Origin: an uncultured Chloroflexia bacterium
Lineage (GTDB): Bacteria; Chloroflexota; Limnocylindria; Limnocylindrales; CSP1-4
Direction: 5' to 3'
Length of the DNA stretch: 64,000 nt
Assembly: GCA_963743855.1 (NCBI GenBank)
Contig: CAVURK010000006.1
Location: 1,141,119-1,205,118, forward strand
The position numbers and the translations under genes are program-made. The number at the start of each line of letters is the position of its first letter. Position 1 is the stretch's first letter. Positions 21,232 to 30,343 of this stretch are shown here, piece by piece. Below the pieces are notes generated by a model. That model was not told where the DNA came from and did no database searches. It saw only the letters and a program-made list of their open reading frames with translations.

Positions 21232-21611
21232 CTCGGCGTCAGGCGGAGGGTGGTGTCGAAGATCCCGGGCTCGAGCATCTCCGGATAGCCTTCGATGCCG
21301 GTGTACTTGCGGGTCAGCGCGTCGTTGGTCCGTCGGATCGACTCCGCGTCGGCGGCCGGGGCGACATGCGCCGACAGGGCTCGACCGGGCGCGTGGATGA
21401 CGACCTCGGGGTTGGCCGACGCTTCGCGGTACCAGCGCGCACTCTTTCCACGCACGGAACGGATGAACGCGTCATCGCCGTCGACCATGACCCAGATGAT
21501 CGTCCGGTGGGCGGGACCCTCGTTGGGCGTGGTCTCGATCTCGATCTCTTCGGTGGCCGCCAGCAGGGCCAGGTCACCGGGTTCGAAGCGCATGAGGTCA
21601 GCGTAGCCCAT
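21228..21611 (-). CDS. DUF2255 family protein
   Basis: [64 protein letters not shown]... matches the DUF2255 pattern. The stop TGA overlaps the aceE TTG (TTGA). The start is placed at ATG 21611 and the ORF track start is TTG 21677. Confidence 0.7.
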   Translation of the reverse strand: MGYADLMRFEPGDLALLAATEEIEIETTPNEGPAHRTIIWVMVDGDDAFIRSVRGKSARWYREASANPEVVIHAPGRALSAHVAPAADAESIRRTNDALTRKYTGIEGYPEMLEPGIFDTTLRLTPS

Positions 21612-21640
21612 CTCGTCACGATCCGATGGTGACGGAATGG

Positions 21641-21669
21641 TTGCCAGTTGCCACCCGCTGCTGTAATAC
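21641..21669 (+). promoter_or_regulatory. candidate sigma-70-type promoter for the response regulator gene
   Basis: TTGCCA (21641-21646), then a 17-nt spacer, then TAATAC (21664-21669), in the locally AT-richer divergent intergenic region about 100 nt upstream of GTG 21772. Confidence 0.3.
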
Positions 21670-21771
21670 CTCTGCAACGAAGTTGTTATATCCGTCCCCG
21701 CGAACGTCAGGCCCGACCGCCGATGCTGAGGACACCGTCACCCGAGTCGTCCCCAACCGGAGGAGTCCACC

Positions 21772-22524
21772 GTGAGCACCCAGCCACTCGTGCTCGTCGC
21801 CGACGACGAGCCACGGATCACGAAGCTCGTATCGATCGCCCTCGGTGAAGAGGGCTTCCGGGTCGTCACCGCCGGCAGCGGCGAGGAGGCCTTGACCAAG
21901 GCCGAAGAGGTCCGTCCGGACATCATCCTGCTCGACATCGTGATGCCCGATCTCGACGGCATCGAGGTCATGCGCCAGCTCCGCGAGCGGCGCCCGGTCG
22001 CGGTCATCCTGCTGACCGCCAAGGGCTCGACCGCCGACAAGGCCAAGGGCCTCGATCTCGGCGCCGACGACTACATCGCCAAGCCGTTCCACCCCGACGA
22101 GCTCGCCGCGCGCGTGCGCGCCGTCCTGCGCCGCTCGTCCGGCGCCCAGCCGGGCTCCGGGGTCCTCGCCTTCGACGACGTCGAGATCGACCTCGAGCGA
22201 CGGATGGTCACCCGCAACGGCGAGCTGGTCCAGCTGTCGCGAACGGAATGGCTTCTCCTCCAGCACCTGGCCGCGAACGCCGGCAAGGTCGTGCTCCACA
22301 CGGAGCTGCTGACGAAGGTCTGGGGCCCCGAATATCGCGACGACCTCCAGTACCTGCGGGTCTGGATCTCGCGGGTCCGACGCAAGCTGGGCGCGGAGCC
22401 GGGCGAGCCGGGCCGAATCAAGACGTTCCAGGGCATCGGGTACTTGCTTGACGTGGAGCCGCCGGTGCCGCCTGAGACGGTCCAGGCCGTGCCTGTCGAT
22501 GAGCGGTCTGCGCTGATCGGGTAG
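21772..22524 (+). CDS. OmpR/KdpE-like response regulator (REC + winged helix)
   Basis: GTG follows GGAGGAG. REC motifs are VLVADDEP, DIILLDIVMPDLDG and DDYIAKPF. The wHTH region is LSRTEWLLLQHLAANAGKVV...LQYLRVWISRVRRKL...GIGYLL. There is no adjacent kinase. Confidence 0.9.
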   Translation: MSTQPLVLVADDEPRITKLVSIALGEEGFRVVTAGSGEEALTKAEEVRPDIILLDIVMPDLDGIEVMRQLRERRPVAVILLTAKGSTADKAKGLDLGADDYIAKPFHPDELAARVRAVLRRSSGAQPGSGVLAFDDVEIDLERRMVTRNGELVQLSRTEWLLLQHLAANAGKVVLHTELLTKVWGPEYRDDLQYLRVWISRVRRKLGAEPGEPGRIKTFQGIGYLLDVEPPVPPETVQAVPVDERSALIG

Positions 22525-22679
22525 GTCCGGTTCGCGGGGCCCGTCACCCGGACGGCCGAGCTCCAGGGTGCCTACGGCTTCGCGCTGCCGGCGCTTCGCC
22601 TGACGGCACCCATCCGCTCGCCCGCCCTGGCGCCACCCGCCTTGCACCGGCCAGATGCCACTGCGGTAGGCTCCGGTGC

Positions 22680-23285
22680 ATGCAGCGATACGGGCCTACG
22701 ACTGCGCTTGTTGTTGTGGATGTGCAGAACGATTTTGCTGATCCGGGTGGGGGGTTGAGTGTGGCTGGGGGCGAGGCGATCGTGCCGGTCGTGGATCGCG
22801 AGATCGCGATGGCTGTGAACAACGGGGCGATCGTCGTGGCGACGCAGGATTGGCATCCCGCGTCGACGCCGCATTTTGCGAAGGACGGGGGGATCTGGCC
22901 TGTGCATTGCGTCGCGGGCACCTGGGGGGCCGAGCTGCATCCGGCGCTGACGTTGCCCGGTGACGCCCCGCGGGTCCGCAAGGGCGCCAACGGCGAGGAC
23001 GGCTACTCGGGGTTCACGATGCGTGACCCTGTCAGTGGCGAGACGATCCCGACCGAGCTGGAGGGGATCCTGCGCGACGCGCAGGTCGAGCGGGTCGTGG
23101 TCGTCGGGCTCGCGACGGACTACTGCGTCAAGGCGACGGCGCTCGATGCGCGGCGGCTTGGGTTCGAGACCGCCGTCCTGGCCGACGCGATCGCGGCGGT
23201 CGAGCTCGAGCCAGGCGACGGGGCGCGCGCCCTCGACGAGTTGCGCGACGCCGGTGTCGCGATCTGGCAGACGGTGATGCGGTGA
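22680..23285 (+). CDS. pncA: nicotinamidase/pyrazinamidase (isochorismatase family)
   Basis: ALVVVDVQNDFADPGGGLSV...ATQDWHPASTPHF...WPVHCVAGTWGAEL...VVGLATDYCVKATALDA shows the catalytic D/K/C and metal-binding pattern of PncA. Confidence 0.85.
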   Translation: MQRYGPTTALVVVDVQNDFADPGGGLSVAGGEAIVPVVDREIAMAVNNGAIVVATQDWHPASTPHFAKDGGIWPVHCVAGTWGAELHPALTLPGDAPRVRKGANGEDGYSGFTMRDPVSGETIPTELEGILRDAQVERVVVVGLATDYCVKATALDARRLGFETAVLADAIAAVELEPGDGARALDELRDAGVAIWQTVMR

Positions 23286-24016
23286 TCCGCGGCGCGATCC
23301 GGCTCGCGATCGCGGGGGCCGGCATCAGCTATGCGCTCGATCGCGTCCTGAAGGAGCAGTCGAAGGGCGCGGAGCCCGAGCCGATCGAGTCGATGATCGT
23401 CATCGACGCCCCGATCGAGCGGGTCTGGGCCGAGATCGCCGACATCGAGGGCCAACCCCGCTGGATGCACGAGATGAAGGCGGTGCGGTTGACCGCGCCT
23501 GGGGCCGTCGGGGTCGGAACGACGGGCGAGGCCGATGTCCGGATCCTCGGCATCTCGGTCTCGGACCCGGTGACGATCACCGAGTTCGAGCCGCCGAACC
23601 GATTCGGGATGCGACACGAAGGGGCGTTCAAAGGCCATGGCCTGATCACCCTCGAATCGGGCGCCGACGCGACGACCACGATCGTGCGCTGGGAAGAGGT
23701 GCTGATCCCGCCGGTCCTCGCCCACCTGGCCGCGCTGGCGATGACCCCGACCCTGGGCGGGATCTTCCAGGGCGACCTCGTCCGCCTCAAGGAGCTCGTC
23801 GAGACGGGTTCCCCGCGAGCTGAGCGGTGTCCGCGCTGCGGCTCCACCTCGTCGACGCGACCTACGAGCTCTTTCGGGCGCATTTCGCCCCGCGTCCGCC
23901 TGTCCTCGGGCGCGACGGGATCCCCCTGTCGGGCGTCTCGGGCCTCGTCGAGCAGCTCCTCTATCTCCTGCGCGAGGAGGGCGCCACGCACGTCGGCTGC
24001 GCAACGGACCGGGTGA
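23282..24016 (+). CDS. SRPBCC (polyketide cyclase/dehydrase-like) family protein; last ~190 nt probably spurious read-through
   Basis: GTG 23282 overlaps the pncA stop (GTGA). The domain reads MIVIDAPIERVWAEIADIEGQPRWMHEM...ITEFEPPNRFGMRHEGAFKGHGLITLE. The ORF then overlaps the next gene. A TGA at 23821-23823, 3 nt before GTG 23827, is one frame away. Confidence 0.7.
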   Translation: MIRGAIRLAIAGAGISYALDRVLKEQSKGAEPEPIESMIVIDAPIERVWAEIADIEGQPRWMHEMKAVRLTAPGAVGVGTTGEADVRILGISVSDPVTITEFEPPNRFGMRHEGAFKGHGLITLESGADATTTIVRWEEVLIPPVLAHLAALAMTPTLGGIFQGDLVRLKELVETGSPRAERCPRCGSTSSTRPTSSFGRISPRVRLSSGATGSPCRASRASSSSSSISCARRAPRTSAAQRTG

Positions 24017-24741
24017 TCGAGTCGTTCCGGAACGACCTCTATCCGGGCTACAAGTCGTCGGCCGGGATGCCGCCCGAGCTGCTGGCCCAGTTCCCGATCG
24101 CCGAGGCAGCCGTCGAGGCGCTCGGGATCGTCCTGTGGCCGATGGTCGAGTTCGAGGCCGACGACGCGATCGCCGCGGCTGCCGTCCGGTTCGGCGAGGA
24201 CGAGACGGTCACCAAGATCCTCGTCTGTACCCCCGACAAGGACATGGCCCAGCTCGTCCGGGATGATCGGATCGTGCTGTGGGACCGCCGCCGGAATATC
24301 ACCTACGACGACGCCGGGGTCCGTGCCAAGTGGGGCGTGCCGCCGACCTCGATCCCCGACTGGCTCGGGCTCGTCGGCGACACCGCCGACGGCTTCCCCG
24401 GGCTGCCCGGCTGGGGCGCCAAGTCGGCCGCGGCGGTCCTGACCCGCTACGGCCACTACGAGGAGATCCCGCCGAAGGCGTCGGCCTGGGAGGTGCCCGG
24501 GGTCGGTGGCCCGCGGGCGATGACGCTGGCGGCGACCCTGCGCGATCACTGGGACGAGGCGCTCCTCTACCGCGACCTGGCCCGCCTCCGTACCGCGGAG
24601 GACGGCGTCGTCATCCGCCAGCGGGAGGCCGAGGAGCTCCGTTGGGACGGCGCCCCGCGTGCGGCCTGGGAAGGCTTCTGCGAGGAGTGGGGCCTGGACC
24701 GGCTCGCCCGGCGGCCGCATCGGTGGCTCGAGGAGGACTGA
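23827..24741 (+). CDS. 5'-3' exonuclease / flap endonuclease (Pol I N-terminal-domain-like)
   Basis: LHLVDATYELFRAHFA...YPGYKS...EADDAIAAAA...TPDKDMAQLV...IPDWLGLVGDTADGFPGLPGWGAKSAAAVL are PIN-like and H3TH motifs. Confidence 0.85.
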   Translation: MSALRLHLVDATYELFRAHFAPRPPVLGRDGIPLSGVSGLVEQLLYLLREEGATHVGCATDRVIESFRNDLYPGYKSSAGMPPELLAQFPIAEAAVEALGIVLWPMVEFEADDAIAAAAVRFGEDETVTKILVCTPDKDMAQLVRDDRIVLWDRRRNITYDDAGVRAKWGVPPTSIPDWLGLVGDTADGFPGLPGWGAKSAAAVLTRYGHYEEIPPKASAWEVPGVGGPRAMTLAATLRDHWDEALLYRDLARLRTAEDGVVIRQREAEELRWDGAPRAAWEGFCEEWGLDRLARRPHRWLEED

Positions 24742-24753
24742 GGCGCCGGGGCT

Positions 24754-25602
24754 CTAGCGGACGAGCCCCAACAACGTCGCGTGGTGAGCGGGCGGCGCGG
24801 CCACGATCCCGATCGACTTGGGGCCTTTGGCCAGGTCGAACCACGGGCCGCCGGTCATCGAGGTGACCATGGCCCCGCCCCGCTCGGCGATCAGCCCGGC
24901 CGCGGCCACGTCCCAGGCGGACAGCCCACCCTGCTGGATGAACGCGTCGAAGCGGCCGTTCGCGACGTATGCGAGGGCCAGCGCGGCCGAGCCCATGTCG
25001 CGCGAGATCCGGATCCCCTTGCGGACGTTCCGTCCGCGGGTCGTGGCGGTCCGGCCGTTGAGCGACATCGAGATGACGTAGTCGGACAGCGCCTCCTTCT
25101 CCGAGGCACGGACCGGTCGCCCGTTGAGGAACGCCGGGCCGTCCGCGGTCGCGGAGAGCACCTCGCTCCGGGTCGGGTCGAGGATGACCCCGACAGAGGG
25201 CCGGCCATCGACGACGAGCCCGATCGAGACACAGAACACCGGCAGGCCGTTGGCGTAGTTGACCGTCCCGTCGAGGGGGTCGACGATCCAGACACGGCCA
25301 CGCCCCGAGGTGGGGGCCTCGCCCGCTTTCGCCGTGTGTTCCCCGGTCTCCTCGGCAAGCAGCGCGTCGGCCGGATAGCGCGCCCGGATCGCGTCGAGGA
25401 TCAGCGCCTCGCTCAGGTGATCCGCCTCGGTCACGACGTCCCGGGCGCTCTTGTAGTCGATCTGCTCGAGCCGCTCGTAGTGGTCCATCAGCACGGTCCC
25501 GGCTCGGTCCGCGAGCTCGAGCGCGAAGCCCAGCTCGTCGGCCCATGCGGTGACGGGGGCCTCGGGCAGGGCCGGATCGGCCACCGTCGCGGGAACCGTC
25601 AC
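24754..25602 (-). CDS. inositol monophosphatase family protein (SuhB/ImpA-like)
   Basis: Only the last ~283 codons of ORF 24754..27114 are protein-like: DVVTEADHLSE...LLAEETG...WIVDPLDGTVNY...WDVAAAGLIAERGG. GTG 25602 overlaps the upstream stop (GTGA). Confidence 0.85.
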   Translation of the reverse strand: MTVPATVADPALPEAPVTAWADELGFALELADRAGTVLMDHYERLEQIDYKSARDVVTEADHLSEALILDAIRARYPADALLAEETGEHTAKAGEAPTSGRGRVWIVDPLDGTVNYANGLPVFCVSIGLVVDGRPSVGVILDPTRSEVLSATADGPAFLNGRPVRASEKEALSDYVISMSLNGRTATTRGRNVRKGIRISRDMGSAALALAYVANGRFDAFIQQGGLSAWDVAAAGLIAERGGAMVTSMTGGPWFDLAKGPKSIGIVAAPPAHHATLLGLVR

Positions 25603-26090
25603 GGTGTGCTGCAGTCGGCCGTGAGCGGCCTGACGGTGGCTCCCAGCTCGCTGAGGTGCTGCGTGAACGTCACGGTCTGGCCGCCATCGATCGTCGGGCT
25701 GAGCACGAACCCGCCGAGGCTGCCGGTCCGGTCGGCCGGGTCGGAGACCCGGCAGGTCGTCTGGCCGCTGCTCGTGCCGTTGTTGGTGACCGTGAGGGTG
25801 ACCGCGAGCCCGGCTCCATCGGGAACGGCACTGGCCGACGCCACGAACGGGCCGATCCCGGACAGTGCGAAGCGCCCGGCCACGGCCAGGATGATCACGA
25901 ACAGGACGATCCCGCCGATCGCGATCCCATGGACCTGCGAGCTCGCCGAGTCGCGGAGGCCAAGCGGGTTGCAGCGCTCGCACAGACCGACATCGATGGC
26001 GACCGGGGCGCCGCACCGGACACACGCGTGCATCGGTGCCGGCTTGGCGGCCGGGCGAGTCGCGGGCGGAACGATCTGGGGCGTGGTCAC
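25599..26090 (-). CDS. zinc-ribbon / single-TM / extracytoplasmic beta-domain protein (hypothetical)
   Basis: CVRCGAPVAIDVGLCERC (CxxC..CxxC), a TM helix IAIGGIVLFVIILAVAG, then GLAVTLTVTNNGTSSGQTTCRV...GGQTVTFTQHL. Confidence 0.6.
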   Translation of the reverse strand: MTTPQIVPPATRPAAKPAPMHACVRCGAPVAIDVGLCERCNPLGLRDSASSQVHGIAIGGIVLFVIILAVAGRFALSGIGPFVASASAVPDGAGLAVTLTVTNNGTSSGQTTCRVSDPADRTGSLGGFVLSPTIDGGQTVTFTQHLSELGATVRPLTADCSTP

Positions 26091-26180
26091 GATCCTGATG
26101 GTGCCACGTTGAGGCGCGGGCCGCCCTCCACCGTGGCCCGGCCGAAAGGTGGCGCCGCGACCGGTCGCGGTCGGAACGTC

Positions 26181-27023
26181 CTACCAGCGGTCCGTCGCCT
26201 CGACCAGTGCATCGACGTCGGCCGTCGTCCGGGCCAGCACGATCGCGCCGTCGGCCCCGGCCGCCTGCCATCGCTCCCAGGTCTCCCGCGGCGCCTCGAC
26301 CCACGGCGACCCGGCGATCGACTCGTCGCTCAGCCAGTCGCCCTGGAACCCGACGATGACGCTCTGGTCCTCGCGCCGCCGGCCGGCCGCGGCGAGCGAT
26401 TCGAGATAGATCGGCAGGTTGGTCTCGAAGTTGTCGTCGAACGCCGACCAGCCGTCGCCGATCCGGCCCGCGAGACGTGCGCCGGCCGGCGTCTCGCCGC
26501 CGATCACGATCGGCGGCGGCGGGACAGGGACGGGGTGGGCGTACGCCTCGACCAGCGGGTAGAACGGCGAGTCGCGTGTCACCGGCCCGCCGGTCCACAG
26601 CGCCCGGATGACCGCGACGGCCTCCTCGAGGCGGGCGACGCGTTCGGGCGGCGGCGGGAAGTCGATGCCGTAGGCCGCGTGTTCCTTCGGCGCGCCACCG
26701 ATGCCGATGCCGAGCACCAGCCGTCCGCCGCTCGCGATCTGGAGGGTCGATGCCATGCGCGCCACGACGGCCGGGTGGCGGTTCATCACGTTGAGCACGA
26801 ACGGACCGACGGTCACGTGCTCCGTTACCGCAGCGGCCATCGCAAGGATGGTCCAGCTCTCGACGACCGGGACGGTGAGGTCGCCACGACCCATGAAGTG
26901 ATCCCACGTCCACAGGCCGGCGTACCCCGCCGCGTCGAGACGGCGTGCGCTCTCGAGCCACCAGCCCGGTTCGGCCCGGATCGAGCGGAGGCAGACCCCG
27001 ATCGGGGGCCCGCCGTCGGTCAC
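26181..27023 (-). CDS. LLM-class (luciferase-like) F420-dependent oxidoreductase
   Basis: AGYAGLWTWDHFMG...LNVMNRHPAVVARMASTLQIASGGRLVLGIGIGG...YGIDFPPPPERVARLEEAVAVIRALW. The GTG start overlaps the mtnP stop (GTGA). Confidence 0.8.
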   Translation of the reverse strand: MTDGGPPIGVCLRSIRAEPGWWLESARRLDAAGYAGLWTWDHFMGRGDLTVPVVESWTILAMAAAVTEHVTVGPFVLNVMNRHPAVVARMASTLQIASGGRLVLGIGIGGAPKEHAAYGIDFPPPPERVARLEEAVAVIRALWTGGPVTRDSPFYPLVEAYAHPVPVPPPPIVIGGETPAGARLAGRIGDGWSAFDDNFETNLPIYLESLAAAGRRREDQSVIVGFQGDWLSDESIAGSPWVEAPRETWERWQAAGADGAIVLARTTADVDALVEATDRW

Positions 27024-27877
27024 AGCCCGGTCTCGAACAGCCGGATGTCCTCGGGCGCCATCGCGTGCCCATCACCGCGGGTCGGGCCGAGAGCGTCGAG
27101 AGCGCCCAGCGCATCGAGGTCGGCCGGGAAGCGCCCGATCAGGTCGAGCACGACCGACTGGATCCGCTCCGCGTTCTGCTGGAAGACCTCGAGGACCGAC
27201 ATCGCGTCGACGGCGTGCGTGCCCTCGATCACCCCGGCGTCGTAGTCGGTGATCAGGCTGATGTTGACGACCGCCATCCCGAGCTCGCGGCACAGCCACG
27301 CCTCGGGGTACTGGGTCATGTTGATGACTTCCCAGCCCGCGTCGCTGAACCATTTCGATTCGGACTTGGACGAGAAGCGCGGGCCGCCGATGACCACGAC
27401 CGTGCCGTGCTCGTGGACCTCGATGCCGTGGTCGCGGATCGTGGCGATCGCGAGATCGCGCAGGACCGGGTCGTACGTCTCGGCCGATGACAGGTGGGTC
27501 ACGATCGGACCGTCGAAGAAGGTGTCGGCGCGGCCGCTGGTGCGATCGACGAACTGGTCGCACACCACGAAGTCACCCGGCTTGACCTCGATCTGGAGCG
27601 AGCCGGCGGCGCACGGCGAGATGACCGCCTTGACCCCGAGCGAGCGCAGCGCCCAGACATTCGCCCGGTAGTTGATCCGGTGCGGCGGGATCGTGTGGCG
27701 GCGGCCATGGCGCGGCAGGAACGCGACGCGCCGCCCGGCGACCTCGGCCAGGAAGACAGAATCCGACGGTGGTCCATAGGGAGTGTCGACCTTGATCTCG
27801 CGGACGTCGTCGAGGAGCGAGTAGAAGCCCGACCCGCCAACGACCCCGATCTCTGCCGTCTCCGCTCCGTGGACCAC
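27020..27877 (-). CDS. mtnP: S-methyl-5'-thioadenosine phosphorylase
   Basis: IGVVGGSGFY...FLPRHGRRHTIPPHRINYRANVWALRSLGV...VVIGGPRFSSKSES...INMTQYPEAWLCRELGMAVVNISLITDYD matches MTAP/MtnP. Confidence 0.9.
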   Translation of the reverse strand: MVHGAETAEIGVVGGSGFYSLLDDVREIKVDTPYGPPSDSVFLAEVAGRRVAFLPRHGRRHTIPPHRINYRANVWALRSLGVKAVISPCAAGSLQIEVKPGDFVVCDQFVDRTSGRADTFFDGPIVTHLSSAETYDPVLRDLAIATIRDHGIEVHEHGTVVVIGGPRFSSKSESKWFSDAGWEVINMTQYPEAWLCRELGMAVVNISLITDYDAGVIEGTHAVDAMSVLEVFQQNAERIQSVVLDLIGRFPADLDALGALDALGPTRGDGHAMAPEDIRLFETGL

Positions 27878-27997
27878 GCGTCGCCTCCGTCGCTGTCGCG
27901 CCCGTCCATGCGAGCGGCTGCCACCACCGGGCGTGCCGGCGGATCACCGAGATTCTAGGCGACCCGTCTCCCGTCCGGACGGCGCGGCGGCGCTACG

Positions 27998-28387
27998 ATG
28001 AGGATCGCTCGAGGCAAGCGCTTCATCGGAGACGAGATGGCCGGATCGGACGACTCGACGACGACGCCCACAGTCCGCATGTCAACGGTTCCCCCGCCGG
28101 GCGACGCGCCGTCGTCGCCGACCGACGAGTTGCCGCGGCCGGCCGACACCACTCCCCCGAGCGGCCCGCCGCCTCCCGCCTGGCGTCCGGCACCCGCCGA
28201 CCGCGGCCGGGTAGCCCCGATGATCGGAGGCGTGGTCCTCTTGATCATCGGCCTGTGGTTCTTCGCGACCCAGACCCTCGGGTTGGACCTGCCGCGGCTC
28301 GACTGGGGCCAGTTCTGGCCGCTGATCCTCATCTTCATCGGGATCGGCATCGTGGCCCGCTCGTTCGGGCGGGCCCGCGACCGATGA
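27998..28387 (+). CDS. proline-rich two-TM membrane protein (hypothetical, LiaF-N/DUF5668-like)
   Basis: Pro-rich N-terminus followed by GGVVLLIIGLWFFATQ and WPLILIFIGIGIVARSF. The start is uncertain (ATG 27998 or 28037). Confidence 0.5.
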   Translation: MRIARGKRFIGDEMAGSDDSTTTPTVRMSTVPPPGDAPSSPTDELPRPADTTPPSGPPPPAWRPAPADRGRVAPMIGGVVLLIIGLWFFATQTLGLDLPRLDWGQFWPLILIFIGIGIVARSFGRARDR

Positions 28388-28397
28388 CCCGCCAGCG

Positions 28398-29060
28398 ATG
28401 ACCGAGCCCTGGACCCAGGGCGACAAGTCGGCGACCGATCGAGCCTGGCTGGCCGATTGGCGACGCCAGGTCTCGACGCTCTACGCCGAGGTCCGCGGGA
28501 TGGCCGCCACGGACCCGGGGATCGCACTCGCACACTGGCGAGCGGTCCGCGAGCGCCTCTTCCGCGAGCACCCGCAGTCGCCCCTCCCGGCCGACGCCCG
28601 CGCGACGTTCCGGGCCAGCCATTTCGAGCACGACCCAAGCCTCCGTTTCGAGGTCGTCGTCACGCCGGCGCCTCCGCCCGAGCCCGGGGCGTTCGCGCTC
28701 GAGCTCCCGAACAGTGGCGCCGACACGCTCTCGTTCTCGCGACTCGGGCGGATCGAGATCCCATTCGCGAGCGGCGCACGGAGCCTGTCGGTCTTCTGGA
28801 TGGCGGGCTACGCCGGCGGCCTCTTCATCCCGTTCCGTGACGCCACGAACGGCACGGAGACCTACGCCGCCGGCCGCTACCTCGTCGACGCGGCCAAGAG
28901 CGCGGACCTCGGTGGCGATCCGGCCAGCGGCACGCTCACGATCGACTTCAACTTCGCCATCCAGCCGTCGTGCGCGTTCGATCCGCGTTGGGCCTGTCCG
29001 CTGGCCCCGCCCGAGAACCGCCTCGATATCGCGATCCGTGCCGGAGAACGCCTCGGCTGA
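28398..29060 (+). CDS. DUF1684 domain-containing protein
   Basis: WRRQVSTLYAEVR...FRASHFEHDPSLRF...ETYAAGRYLVD...TIDFNFAIQPSCAFDPRWACPLAPPENRL is the characteristic DUF1684 C-terminal signature. Confidence 0.8.
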   Translation: MTEPWTQGDKSATDRAWLADWRRQVSTLYAEVRGMAATDPGIALAHWRAVRERLFREHPQSPLPADARATFRASHFEHDPSLRFEVVVTPAPPPEPGAFALELPNSGADTLSFSRLGRIEIPFASGARSLSVFWMAGYAGGLFIPFRDATNGTETYAAGRYLVDAAKSADLGGDPASGTLTIDFNFAIQPSCAFDPRWACPLAPPENRLDIAIRAGERLG

Positions 29061-29167
29061 CGCGACCCCGGGCATGGCCGATGCTATGGGCGCCGGTACA
29101 AATGGGCCTCTGACCCCCGGACGGTCGGCGGGCACCCGGGCGGGACCTGCCCGCGCATGATGCCTTC

Positions 29168-30343
29168 GTGAGATTCATCACCACGCCCCGTCGTGGCGGC
29201 GATGAGCGACTGCTCTGGTCGCGCGACATCCGGTTCGTGCGCCGCCTCGCGCTGCAGATCGATGACGGGCGCCTCCTCGAGCTCGAAACGGGGACCGTCC
29301 TGATCGCCGCGGCCGACAGCATGACCGACACCATCGTCGGCCGGGTCGCCGATGCCGCCAACACGCCCGACTACGGGCTCGTCGCGGTCGATGGTTCGCT
29401 CCCGGAACGCGATCGATATCTCGTGGCGATGTCGGCCGCGGTGCAGCTCTCCGGGCTGGCCGACCGGATCGGGATGGCCCAGTCGACCCAGGTCGTCCAG
29501 ATGAAGATGCTCGACTACTTCTTCAGCCTGCGAAAGCTCCACGGGATGGCGTTCCAGCCGATCGTCAGCCTGGCCGACCGGACGCTCCACGAATACGAAG
29601 TCCTGTTCCGTCCGACGATGCCGATGCTGCCCCAATCGATCAGCTCGATCGTCCAGGCGGCGATCAGCACGGATCGCGGCGTCGAGCTCGATATCTACAT
29701 CGTGGCGACGGTGCTCGAACGCGTCGGCCGTCTCGAGGCGGAGGCCAAGGCGGCCGATCAGCCGGCCCGTCACTACGCCATCAACCTGACGCCGTTCAGC
29801 CTGCTCGACCCGGCCTTCGAGGCGAATGCGCTCGCCGCCCAGGTCCGCGCCGCGGGCCTCGACCCGCATCAGCTGACGATCGAGTGCACCGAGCAGCAGT
29901 CGGTCTCGGACATGGCCGCCCTCCAGCGCCAGGTCCGGACGCTGCGCCGGCTCGGCTTCGGGTTCGCGGTCGATGACGCGGGCGCGGGCTACGCGAGCTT
30001 CGCGTTGATCGCCGCGTTGCGGCCGACCGTCATCAAGATCGACCGCGACATCGTCCACGGCATCGGCCACGACGACGCGAAACAGGCCCTGGTCGACGCA
30101 TTCGTCTCGTTCGGGCGTCGGATCGGCGCGCGCCTGCTCGCGGAAGGGATCGAGCGACGCGCGGACCTGGCGGCCCTGACGACCCTCGGCGTCGAGCTCG
30201 GACAGGGGTACCTGCTGGGAAAGCCGGCCCCCGAACCCGAACTCCCCCGTCGGATGGACGAACGCGTCCGCATCGCGGCCGCGCCGGCAAAGACCCCGCC
30301 CGACGCCGCCGCGCACCCGGCTCGGCTACCATCGAGGGCATGA
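29168..30343 (+). CDS. EAL-domain protein (putative c-di-GMP phosphodiesterase) with an uncharacterised N-terminal region
   Basis: FQPIVSLADRTLHEYEVLFRP...INLTP...LTIECTEQ...GFGFAVDDAGAGYASFALIAALRPTVIKIDRDIV...LLAEGIE...LGVELGQGYLLGKP. The start is uncertain (GTG 29168). Confidence 0.8.
   Translation: MRFITTPRRGGDERLLWSRDIRFVRRLALQIDDGRLLELETGTVLIAAADSMTDTIVGRVADAANTPDYGLVAVDGSLPERDRYLVAMSAAVQLSGLADRIGMAQSTQVVQMKMLDYFFSLRKLHGMAFQPIVSLADRTLHEYEVLFRPTMPMLPQSISSIVQAAISTDRGVELDIYIVATVLERVGRLEAEAKAADQPARHYAINLTPFSLLDPAFEANALAAQVRAAGLDPHQLTIECTEQQSVSDMAALQRQVRTLRRLGFGFAVDDAGAGYASFALIAALRPTVIKIDRDIVHGIGHDDAKQALVDAFVSFGRRIGARLLAEGIERRADLAALTTLGVELGQGYLLGKPAPEPELPRRMDERVRIAAAPAKTPPDAAAHPARLPSRA

Noticed and set aside
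25603-27114. Upstream two-thirds of ORF 24754..27114 as a giant IMPase fusion
   Set aside because: Only the last ~283 codons look like protein. The upstream part overlaps two good genes in other frames and is Arg/Pro/Gly junk.
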